A stretch of 64,000 bases of DNA from positions 10,013-74,012 of the forward strand of contig LCOC01000005.1 of assembly GCA_001000545.1 (NCBI GenBank), in the 5' to 3' direction. The position numbers were made by a program, and so were the translations under genes. The notes under the pieces are model-generated. The model had not been told where the DNA came from, did not search any database, and saw only the letters and a program-made list of their open reading frames with translations. Shown here in pieces: positions 47,038-54,997 of this stretch (positions are counted from its first letter, which is position 1; the number at the start of each line of letters is the position of its first letter). Source of the stretch: Parcubacteria group bacterium GW2011_GWA2_47_21 (GTDB lineage: Bacteria; Patescibacteriota; Minisyncoccia; Phycocordibacterales; DSPV01).

Positions 47038-47107
47038 CCGAAAGAAACTTTGCCGAGATTTCGTAGTTGTAATATTTGTTGTATAGCCGGTGTTTTCTTC
47101 AATATAA

Positions 47108-47878
47108 ATGGACCAATTCAAAATAATTATTCTCGCCGCGGGCAAAGGCAAGCGGATGAATTCAAATTCACCAAAAGTGCTTCTCCCTCTTCGGGGGAAG
47201 CCCTTGCTTTTACATTTGCTTGATTCGGTGGCTAAATCAGAAATCACCGAGCCGGCCACTATCGTTGTTGGCATTGGAAAAGAATTAGTTCAAACTGCCG
47301 CCGGAAACGATTATCATTATGTTCATCAAAAAGAACAACTCGGCACCGGACACGCCGTCGCCTCCGCCGAAACGAAGCTTCGCGGAAAAGCAAAATACAT
47401 TATGGTGCTTTACGGCGACCACCCCCTCCTTGAGGCAAGGGCTATAAACAAGATTGCCAAGACCCACCTTCGGGGAAACATGCCGATAACTATGGCAACG
47501 GTAAGCGTTTCTGATTTCAATGATTGGCGAGCCGGGTTCTTTGATTTTGGCAGAATTGTCCGCGATAAGTCAGGAGAAATTATAAGAATCGTTGAGAAAA
47601 AAGACGCGACGCCAGTAGAGCAGAGTATCACGGAAATCAATCCGTCTTATATGTGTTTTGATTCTGAATGGCTCTGGGAACGGCTGAAACTGCTTAAAAA
47701 CGACAACGCCCAGAAAGAATATTATTTGACTGACTTGCCGGGTATCGCCCAAAAAGAGGGGTTGGGAATAAATTCGGTTGAAATAGAACCGGAAGCCGCT
47801 CTTGGCGCCAATACCAAAGAACAACTCCAAATCCTTGAACAAATTCTTGAGGAAAGAGAGGGTGGCAAACAGATTTAA
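47108..47878 (+). CDS. Sugar-phosphate nucleotidyltransferase (GlmU N-terminal domain-like, no acetyltransferase domain)
   Basis: IILAAGKGKRMNSNSPKVLLPLRGKPLL nucleotide-binding loop; 256 aa. Confidence 0.7.
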   Translation: MDQFKIIILAAGKGKRMNSNSPKVLLPLRGKPLLLHLLDSVAKSEITEPATIVVGIGKELVQTAAGNDYHYVHQKEQLGTGHAVASAETKLRGKAKYIMVLYGDHPLLEARAINKIAKTHLRGNMPITMATVSVSDFNDWRAGFFDFGRIVRDKSGEIIRIVEKKDATPVEQSITEINPSYMCFDSEWLWERLKLLKNDNAQKEYYLTDLPGIAQKEGLGINSVEIEPEAALGANTKEQLQILEQILEEREGGKQI

Positions 47879-47896
47879 TTCTTGTAATATAACGAA

Positions 47897-49282
47897 ATGG
47901 TGATTTTAGGCGTTGAAACGAGTTGTGACGAAACGGCTCTGGCTTTAATAGAAGCCGAGGACGATTCGGTGCGGGTCCTGGCAGACATCACGCATTCGCA
48001 AGCGGCGCTTCACGCAAAATACGGTGGCGTGTTTCCTAATCTTGCCAAACGGGAACACAGCCGAAACCTGATTCCATTGCTGAAAAATCTCTTAGCGGAA
48101 TCAGGTTTCGGAAATCCCAAATCACAAGCGCCCCGCCTGCCAATCGGCGGGCAGGCAAATTCCCTGCCTGCGCCGAATCGGCTTCGGCAGGCAGGCAAAC
48201 AAATCCAAAGTGTTAAATCCAAAACACTAAACGCTAAACGCTCTACGCTAAACGCTATCTTCGAGCGGGAGCCGGAGTTGTGGGAACAATTTGAGAGGTT
48301 TATCCCGACAATTGAAAAGCCGCCGATTGATGCGATTGCAGTAACCTACGGACCCGGGCTTGAGCCGGCGCTGTGGGTCGGCATTAATTTCGCGAAAGCG
48401 CTCGGAGTGATTTGGAACATCCCGGTGATTCCAACGAATCATATGGAAGGGCACATCGTTTCCGCGCTGTTGCGCAGAAACGCAAACTCTAAATCCGAAA
48501 CTCTAAATTCCCTGCCTGCGCCGAATCGGCTTCGGCAGGCAGGCAAACAAATCCTAAATTCAAAATCTCAAATACTAAATGCTACACGCTATACACTACA
48601 CGCCATACGCTTTCCTGCTATTGCTTTACTCATCTCCGGCGGGCATACAGAGTTGGTGCTGGTTAAAAAGCTGGGACAATACGAAATTATTGGCGAGACG
48701 AAAGATGATGCGGTCGGCGAGGCGTTTGATAAAGTGGCGCGCATCCTTGGACTTCCCTATCCTGGAGGACCGGAAATCTCCGCGCTGGCAGAGCGGGCGC
48801 GGCAAGCAAAACAAGGTTCGACCTTGGAGTCGGGAAAAAGGTCGAACCTTGTTTTGCCAAGACCCATGCTCCATTCGGGCGACTACCACTTTTCTTTTTC
48901 CGGTTTAAAAACTGCGGTGCTGTACACGGTAAAAAAGATTCCGAGGGTCACGGCCGCAATCAAACAAGCGCTCGCGAAAGAGTTTGAAGATTCCGTCACG
49001 GAAGTGCTCATTTCCAAAACAACCAAAGCCATCAAAGAATACGAAGCAAAGACCTTAATCATCGCCGGCGGGGTAATCGCCAACAAACACATCCGCTCCG
49101 CCTTTGAGGAACTTCGCGCATCTGCCTTCCCTTCCCTTGAGCTCCTCATCCCCGAAATCCCCCATTCCACCGACAACGCACTCATGATCGCCGTTGCGGG
49201 GTATCTCAACCTAAAATCCGGCCGCCGACCAGCAAAGGGAAACGAGTTTATAATCATCGCCTCCGGCCGCGTTCGACTGTAA
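47897..49282 (+). CDS. tsaD: tRNA N6-adenosine threonylcarbamoyltransferase TsaD (Kae1/Gcp family) carrying in-frame repeat insertions
   Basis: ILGVETSCDETA, NHMEGH, LISGGHTELVLV, DDAVGEAFDKVARILGLPYPGGP, FSFSGLKT conserved blocks; interrupted by two copies of a 49-bp palindromic repeat and AT-rich simple repeats (peptide NSLPAPNRLRQAGKQI occurs twice). Confidence 0.85.
   Translation: MVILGVETSCDETALALIEAEDDSVRVLADITHSQAALHAKYGGVFPNLAKREHSRNLIPLLKNLLAESGFGNPKSQAPRLPIGGQANSLPAPNRLRQAGKQIQSVKSKTLNAKRSTLNAIFEREPELWEQFERFIPTIEKPPIDAIAVTYGPGLEPALWVGINFAKALGVIWNIPVIPTNHMEGHIVSALLRRNANSKSETLNSLPAPNRLRQAGKQILNSKSQILNATRYTLHAIRFPAIALLISGGHTELVLVKKLGQYEIIGETKDDAVGEAFDKVARILGLPYPGGPEISALAERARQAKQGSTLESGKRSNLVLPRPMLHSGDYHFSFSGLKTAVLYTVKKIPRVTAAIKQALAKEFEDSVTEVLISKTTKAIKEYEAKTLIIAGGVIANKHIRSAFEELRASAFPSLELLIPEIPHSTDNALMIAVAGYLNLKSGRRPAKGNEFIIIASGRVRL
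48158..48206. repeat. Palindromic repeat copy 1 inside tsaD (AATTCCCTGCCTGCGCCGAATCGGCTTCGGCAGGCAGGCAAACAAATCC)
   Basis: Identical 49-mer at 48506-48554; nested palindrome CCTGCCTGC...GCAGGCAGG. Confidence 0.9.
48506..48554. repeat. Palindromic repeat copy 2 inside tsaD
   Basis: Same 49-mer as 48158-48206. Confidence 0.9.
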
Positions 49283-49422
49283 GCTGAGTAGAAACCACCT
49301 CAAGAATAAAAACAAACGGTTGAGATGTAGACATCAGATGTCTACAGCGTGTTAAAGTTCCTAAAATGGCAGAAAGTGGAAACCTTTTGGGGAAAAACCT
49401 TATTTCTGATACTATTTCTTGA

Positions 49423-51597
49423 ATGGCACTACCGGAAAAATTTTTAAAACCCTACAACCACACCGAGACGGAGGCGCGGATTTACAAACTCTGGGAAGAG
49501 GGCGGCTTTTTCCAGCCCGAGGCTGGTCGGCCTTGGGCCGATAACCCTGACTCTCCCTCTACCAACCACAAACTATCAACTAACAACTTCTGCATCATTA
49601 TGCCTCCCCCGAACGCCAACGGCCACCTTCACGCCGGCCACGCGCTTTTTATCACCCTTGAAGACATTATGACCCGCTATAAACGAATGCGGGGTTTTAA
49701 GACACTCTGGCTTCCCGGCGCCGACCACGCCGGTTTTGAGACCCAAATCGTCTACGAGAAAAAACTGGAAAAGGAGGGGCGCTCTCGTTTCAAAATGGCG
49801 CCTAAAGAGCTTTTTGACGAAATAATGGCTTTTACGCTAGAAAATAAAAAGTTCATGGAAGCGGAAGTCCGAGCGCTCGGCGCTTCATGCGACTGGACGA
49901 GAGAACGTTTTACGCTTGACCCCGATATCATCAAAAAAGTCCAACAAACATTCAAGAAAATGTATGACGACGGCCTTATCTATCGCGGACCGAGAATCGT
50001 CAACTGGTGTTCCAAACATCTGACTTCCCTTTCCGATGTGGAAACGGAAAACCGCGAAGTGAAAGACAAATTTTATTATTTCCAATACGGCCCGTTCGTT
50101 ATCGGCACATCAAGGCCGGAAACCAAGTTTGGCGACAAATATGTGGTCATGCACCCCAAGGACAAACGCTATGACAAATACAAAGACGGGGAGAAAATGG
50201 AACTGGAATGGATTAACGGAAAAATCACCGCCACCGTCATTAAAGACGAAGCGGTTGATATGGAATTCGGCACCGGCGTCATGACCATCACCCCGTGGCA
50301 CGACGCGGCGGACTTTGAAATCGCCAAGCGCCACAACCTTGACCAAGAACAAATCATTGATTGGCGCGGGAAACTTCTGCCCATCGCCGGAGAATTTGCG
50401 GGAATGAAAATCGCCGAAGCCCGCCCCAAAATCGTGGAAAAACTCAAAGCCAAAGGCCTCTTGGTCAAAGTGGAAGAAAATTACGTCCATAATGTGCCAA
50501 TCTGCTATAAATGCGAAACGCCAATTGAGCCGCAAATTATGCCGCAATGGTTCGTCAAAATGGCGCCCTTAGCGAAGCTCGCCACGGACGCGGTGGAAGC
50601 GGGAAAAATAAAATTTATGCCCGACAACTACCGAAAAATTTTCCTCTACTGGATGAAAAACGCGCTGGACTGGAACATTTCCCGCCAAATCGTCTGGGGT
50701 ATTCCGATTCCGGCAAAAATCTGCGACAACTGCGGCGAAGGAACGCCGGACTTGGACAACGAGGTGAGAGAATGTCCGAAGTGCAAAGGCGTTATCCGCG
50801 CCGATACTGACACCTTTGACACTTGGTTCTCTTCCGGCCAGTGGCCGCTTCTCACTTTGAATTTCCCAGACGGCGAGGACTTCAAGGCCTTCTATCCGAC
50901 CGATGTGATGGAAACCGGCTCCGACCTAATTTTCAAGTGGGTGCCGAGAATGGTGATTTTCGGCCTATACCTAGCGGACGAGGTGCCCTTTAGGACCGTC
51001 TACCTCCACGGTTTGGTCAACGACGCTAAGGGGCAAAAGATGTCCAAAAGCAAGGGCAACATTATCAATCCTTTAGAACTCACGGCGAAATACGGCACTG
51101 ACGCTTTGCGCATCGCTCTCATTATCGGCAATACGCCGGGTACCGCTCTGTCACTTTCGGAGAATCGCATCAGGGGTTACAAACATTTTGCCAATAAACT
51201 CTGGAACATTACCCGTTTTGCTCTGGAAAATATTCCGGAAGACATCCTTGACAAAGAACCAAAGCTCTCCGAGACGGACGAAATCCACCTTAAAAATTTT
51301 GAGGCCTTAACGCGCGAAGTGACCGAGGATATGGAACAGTTTCGTTTTTATCTCGCCGCCGAAAAACTCTATCACTATGTCTGGCACGAATTTGCTGATA
51401 AAATAATTGAGGAGAAAAAAAATAATCTAAACGGCGACGATACTCCGGCGAAAAAATCAGCCGAACGACTCCTGCAACATATCCTGAAAAATTCGCTCGT
51501 CATGCTCCACCCCTTCATTCCTTTCGTTACTGAAGAAATTTGGTCGCACCTGAAGAAAAAGGAGATGCTTATGGTAGAAAGATGGCCTGTTGAATAG
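49423..51597 (+). CDS. valS: Valine--tRNA ligase (short form, no long C-terminal coiled coil)
   Basis: Class I HIGH variant PPPNANGHLHAGHA, KMSKSKGN, ValRS-like N-terminus YNHTETEARIYKLWEEGGFF. Confidence 0.75.
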   Translation: MALPEKFLKPYNHTETEARIYKLWEEGGFFQPEAGRPWADNPDSPSTNHKLSTNNFCIIMPPPNANGHLHAGHALFITLEDIMTRYKRMRGFKTLWLPGADHAGFETQIVYEKKLEKEGRSRFKMAPKELFDEIMAFTLENKKFMEAEVRALGASCDWTRERFTLDPDIIKKVQQTFKKMYDDGLIYRGPRIVNWCSKHLTSLSDVETENREVKDKFYYFQYGPFVIGTSRPETKFGDKYVVMHPKDKRYDKYKDGEKMELEWINGKITATVIKDEAVDMEFGTGVMTITPWHDAADFEIAKRHNLDQEQIIDWRGKLLPIAGEFAGMKIAEARPKIVEKLKAKGLLVKVEENYVHNVPICYKCETPIEPQIMPQWFVKMAPLAKLATDAVEAGKIKFMPDNYRKIFLYWMKNALDWNISRQIVWGIPIPAKICDNCGEGTPDLDNEVRECPKCKGVIRADTDTFDTWFSSGQWPLLTLNFPDGEDFKAFYPTDVMETGSDLIFKWVPRMVIFGLYLADEVPFRTVYLHGLVNDAKGQKMSKSKGNIINPLELTAKYGTDALRIALIIGNTPGTALSLSENRIRGYKHFANKLWNITRFALENIPEDILDKEPKLSETDEIHLKNFEALTREVTEDMEQFRFYLAAEKLYHYVWHEFADKIIEEKKNNLNGDDTPAKKSAERLLQHILKNSLVMLHPFIPFVTEEIWSHLKKKEMLMVERWPVE

Positions 51598-51600
51598 ATT

Positions 51601-51730
51601 AAAGAAAAAAATTCCAAATAACAAATCCTAAACAAGATTAAAATCTGAATGTTCAAAATTACAAAAGTTTAGAAGTTTTGAATTTAGAATTTGTTTGTTA
51701 TTTGGAATTTGTGATTTGTAATTTTAACAT
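51601..51730. repeat. AT-rich simple-repeat/inverted-repeat element (AAATCC/GGATTT family) downstream of valS
   Basis: ATTCCAAATAACAAATCCTAAAC ... GTTTGTTATTTGGAATTTG inverted arms plus TTTAGAA/TTGAATTTAGAATTTG units. Confidence 0.7.
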
Positions 51731-51781
51731 TGGCGCTTTTTTAGAAATTAGGTCAATTAGAGCAATTAGAAATTTATTCTG

Positions 51782-52507
51782 ATGTCTTTCCCAACCATTC
51801 TTTATGCCATTCTCGGCGGCCTTCTTCCCGCCCTCCTTTGGCTTTGGTTCTGGCGGCATGAAGACGGGCGCCATCCGGAGCCGAGACGGCTCATCGCTAT
51901 CGCTTTTCTCGCCGGCGTCCTGGCGGTGCCCTTTGCCATACCGCTGGAAAAATTCGTCTTGGAAGAAATCCTTGGTGGGCAAAATGTTGAACTCGCGGCG
52001 AAAGCATTGCCACTCGCCGCCCTCTTAGCCGTTCTCCTTTGGGCCATTATAGAAGAGCTCCTTAAATTCATCGCCGCCTATTTATCCGTCCTTACGAGAC
52101 CTTCGGTAGACGAACCGATTGACCCGGTGATTTATATGATAAGCGCGGGACTCGGCTTTGCCGCCGCCGAAAATATTATGTTTTTAATTGAACCGATTCT
52201 GGCTGGCGAGACCACGGTAAGCTTTATGACGGGAAATCTCCGATTTATGGGCGCCACGCTTCTCCACATCACCGCTTCGGCTATAATAGGAGCGGCTTTA
52301 GGATTTGGCTTCTATAAACAAAAGAAAATCCGCCGGCGGATTGCCGGCTTGGGAGTTATCCTCGCCATAACCTTGCATACGGTTTTCAACTTTCTTATAA
52401 TTATTGAAACCCCTGTCGGCATATTCGCGTCTTTCCTCTTGGTCTGGCTCGCCGTCATCGCCCTCATCGTCGCGTTGGAAAAAGTAAAACGAGTCCATCC
52501 GGCGTAA
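51782..52507 (+). CDS. PrsW-family intramembrane metalloprotease
   Basis: PrsW motifs EELLKF, FAAAEN, HTVFN across polytopic membrane protein. Confidence 0.7.
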   Translation: MSFPTILYAILGGLLPALLWLWFWRHEDGRHPEPRRLIAIAFLAGVLAVPFAIPLEKFVLEEILGGQNVELAAKALPLAALLAVLLWAIIEELLKFIAAYLSVLTRPSVDEPIDPVIYMISAGLGFAAAENIMFLIEPILAGETTVSFMTGNLRFMGATLLHITASAIIGAALGFGFYKQKKIRRRIAGLGVILAITLHTVFNFLIIIETPVGIFASFLLVWLAVIALIVALEKVKRVHPA

Positions 52508-52583
52508 TCTTTAAAAAGTCGGCCGAAGAATCCACGCCCTCAAACTGTTTAATAAAAAATTATTAGATTTAAAAATATAAACT

Positions 52584-53039
52584 ATGGCAAAAGACAAGCG
52601 GTCATTTTTTGAACGGCTAACCGGCGCCGGCGCCGAGGAGCTTGAAGATGAAAAAGAATTATCGGTTTCCCAAAATCTATCCCCTCTGTCCGATTCGGAC
52701 GACGAGGCCGGCGAGCTGGCCGTTGATGTGTATCAGACGGCCGACAATATCATCATCAAAGCGATGGTCGCGGGCATTAAGCCGGACGATTTGGACATCG
52801 CCATCACGCGCGATATGGTAACCATCAAAGGAACGCGCGAATCCGACCGCGAGGCCAACGATGAAAATTTCTTTTTCAAAGAGCTTTACTGGGGCTCGTT
52901 CTCCCGCACGATTCTCCTGCCCCAAGAAGTGGAGGTGGAGGAAGCCGAGGCCTCGGAGAAAAACGGCTTGCTAACCATTAAATTGCCGAAAGTAGACAAG
53001 GGACGCCAAACCAAACTCAAGGTCCGCTCGTCAAGCTAA
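52584..53039 (+). CDS. Hsp20/alpha-crystallin family small heat-shock protein
   Basis: ACD pattern AVDVYQTADNIIIKAMVAGIKPDDLDIAI...NGLLTIKLPK. Confidence 0.8.
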   Translation: MAKDKRSFFERLTGAGAEELEDEKELSVSQNLSPLSDSDDEAGELAVDVYQTADNIIIKAMVAGIKPDDLDIAITRDMVTIKGTRESDREANDENFFFKELYWGSFSRTILLPQEVEVEEAEASEKNGLLTIKLPKVDKGRQTKLKVRSSS

Positions 53040-53045
53040 TTCATC

Positions 53046-53074
53046 AAAAAATCACGCTAGCGCGTGATTTTTTG
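53046..53074 (+). terminator. Rho-independent terminator after hsp20
   Basis: AATCACGC-tagc-GCGTGATT followed by TTTTT. Confidence 0.75.
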
Positions 53075-53081
53075 ATAACGG

Positions 53082-53154
53082 TGCCGAGACCCAGGTTTGC
53101 ACTGGGGACCCTTCGCTCTTCAGGCGAATGCTCTACTAACTGAGCTATCTCGGC
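53082..53154 (-). tRNA. tRNA-Phe (anticodon GAA)
   Basis: Reverse complement GCCGAGAUAGCUCAGUUAGUAGAGCAUUCGCCUGAAGAGCGAAGGGUCCCCAGUGCAAACCUGGGUCUCGGCA; anticodon loop CUGAAGA; unusual T-loop UGCAAAC. Confidence 0.75.
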
Positions 53155-53225
53155 GTGTATTATTTAACTCTGCCAAACTATTAGTTTAATTTAACGCCTT
53201 TACTGAATACAATCAAGAGACGGGG

Positions 53226-53492
53226 TTATTCCGCTAACTGTTTTAAGGAATCGCCGACATTCCGCACGCTTTCCACACTTTGCCTGACTGTCCCTATGGA
53301 GCCGGTAATCGCTTCCAAATACGGCTGAATGAGCCAATACGCGCCGAAAGCAGTGCCGAGAATGAGAACCCAGTAAGTTATCTTAATCGCTCTCCCCCAT
53401 TTGTGGCTCCTGTAAAATTTTTTGATAATCTCATTGTTCTCTGCCGCCAGCCGATGGGTTTCCTCCAGTAATTCTTTTTCTTCTTCGTTCAT
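53226..53492 (-). CDS. Small hypothetical membrane protein
   Basis: One TM helix (ITYWVLILGTAFGAYWLI); no motif recognised. Confidence 0.35.
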   Translation of the reverse strand: MNEEEKELLEETHRLAAENNEIIKKFYRSHKWGRAIKITYWVLILGTAFGAYWLIQPYLEAITGSIGTVRQSVESVRNVGDSLKQLAE

Positions 53493-53555
53493 AAAATTAA
53501 AATAAAAATGTTAGCTGTAAATCCCAAAAAGAACTTGGAACTATTTTATCACAAA

Positions 53556-53627
53556 TGCCACCGACAGGAATCGAACCTGTATCTAGACGTTAGGAGTGTC
53601 TTGTTCTATCCATTGAACTACGGCGGC
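53556..53627 (-). tRNA. tRNA-Arg (anticodon CCU)
   Basis: Reverse complement GCCGCCGUAGUUCAAUGGAUAGAACAAGACACUCCUAACGUCUAGAUACAGGUUCGAUUCCUGUCGGUGGCA; anticodon loop CUCCUAA. Confidence 0.7.
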
Positions 53628-53736
53628 AACGGATTAAATCTACGCTCTACAACTTACCACCGACGACATCCAAAAACAAACCGGGCTAATCTGCTATTTT
53701 AGCGAACTTGAGTTGTCAGTGGTTAATTGTAAGCGG

Positions 53737-53973
53737 TCAGTTAATTCCTAATGCTGCCGCGATTTTGGGTTGGTTGTAACCCACAATAAGTTCATCGTCT
53801 ATTGTAATCACCGGCACGCCCATCTGGCCGCTTTTGTCCATCATTTCTCTGCGTTTCTCCAAATCACTGGCTACATTATGTTCGGTATAAGAAATATTGT
53901 GGGCGTTAAAGAGGTCCTTGGCGGCGTTGCAATAAACACAGGTTGGGGTTGAATAGATGACAACTTTTTTCAT
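53737..53973 (-). CDS. Glutaredoxin-like/NrdH-like redoxin
   Basis: 78 aa, VVIYSTPTCVYCNAAK CxxC thioredoxin-fold start, GVPVITIDD. Confidence 0.75.
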   Translation of the reverse strand: MKKVVIYSTPTCVYCNAAKDLFNAHNISYTEHNVASDLEKRREMMDKSGQMGVPVITIDDELIVGYNQPKIAAALGIN

Positions 53974-54177
53974 TTTTTTCTCAAGTTAAACGGATAAGGA
54001 AAGTCATTATATCAACCGAAGCCGTCTTTGCGCAAAAAATTCAATCGTTAACCAAAGAAAAAAACCATCCGTCAATATGTTCATCCGAGCGAACTCATTA
54101 TTTCCTAGCGAGAATCGGCTACTACATAGCCAGATGGTTTTCGTTATCGCCGCGAGCGAATATAGGTCCCCACGGCA

Positions 54178-54220
54178 GACCTGCCTGCCCTGTCTGCGTC
54201 TGGACGCACAGGCGGGCAGG
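54178..54220. repeat. GC-rich imperfect palindrome of CCTGCC...GGCAGG family
   Basis: GACCTGCCTGCCCTGTCTGCGTCTGGACGCACAGGCGGGCAGG. Confidence 0.8.
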
Positions 54221-54291
54221 AACCACGCGGTCTTGACCTAATTTGCGTTACTCGCTTAACTCGCAAAATACATACGCCTCGCTCATTATTT

Positions 54292-54362
54292 TGCGGGTAG
54301 CGAGAATCGAACTCGCGTCTCAACCTTGGGAAGGTCGCATTCTGCCACTAAACCATACCCGC
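54292..54362 (-). tRNA. tRNA-Gly (anticodon CCC)
   Basis: Reverse complement GCGGGUAUGGUUUAGUGGCAGAAUGCGACCUUCCCAAGGUUGAGACGCGAGUUCGAUUCUCGCUACCCGCA; anticodon loop UUCCCAA; D-stem with two G-U pairs. Confidence 0.65.
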
Positions 54363-54369
54363 TTAAAAA

Positions 54370-54750
54370 TCAGATTCCTAAAATTTTTTTAAATTTATCC
54401 CATAAATTTTCACTTTCTCCTTTGCCATATAAAGACCCGCCATCATCGTCGTTCACAATAACCACAGTTCGCTCGCCCTCTTTCTCCATTCCGAATTTCC
54501 CTCTGATTTCCTCTTCAACGCCGGCGGGCGTTTGAAGCCGGCCGAGCGCCGCTTGAATAAAATCCCTTCTCGCCGATAGCGCGTCGCGCCTAGAAGCTAC
54601 GCCTTGGAGAAGCGCTTTGCTCTCCGCGCTCTTTTGATAAGCGCTATACGCTGTTTGGACCAAAAAAACGGCGACGATAATCGCGAGAATTATGAATACT
54701 GGCGAGTGGCTTATTTTCTTAAAATTGTTTTTCTTTTCAAATAAACGCAT
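54370..54750 (-). CDS. Hypothetical membrane-anchored protein (single N-terminal TM, possibly FtsB/DivIC-like)
   Basis: N-terminal helix VFIILAIIVAVFLV then charged/coiled region; weak resemblance only. Confidence 0.3.
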   Translation of the reverse strand: MRLFEKKNNFKKISHSPVFIILAIIVAVFLVQTAYSAYQKSAESKALLQGVASRRDALSARRDFIQAALGRLQTPAGVEEEIRGKFGMEKEGERTVVIVNDDDGGSLYGKGESENLWDKFKKILGI

Positions 54751-54997
54751 AAATGTTGCAAGTTACACGGTATATAGTACATAATATTCTCATGTTTTTC
54801 CAAAATAAACATCGCAAAAAAATAAATGCCATCTGGGCGGTGCTTTGCGTGCTCATAATCATCAGCATGATACTTCTTTACACGCCGATATTGTTTTACT
54901 AAAATATATACTTGAGACAGGACTCCTTATTCTAAATAACAAGTAAATACTATTCGTAGTTATTGGTAGATTGGTATCATTCGTATATTGGTATTTT

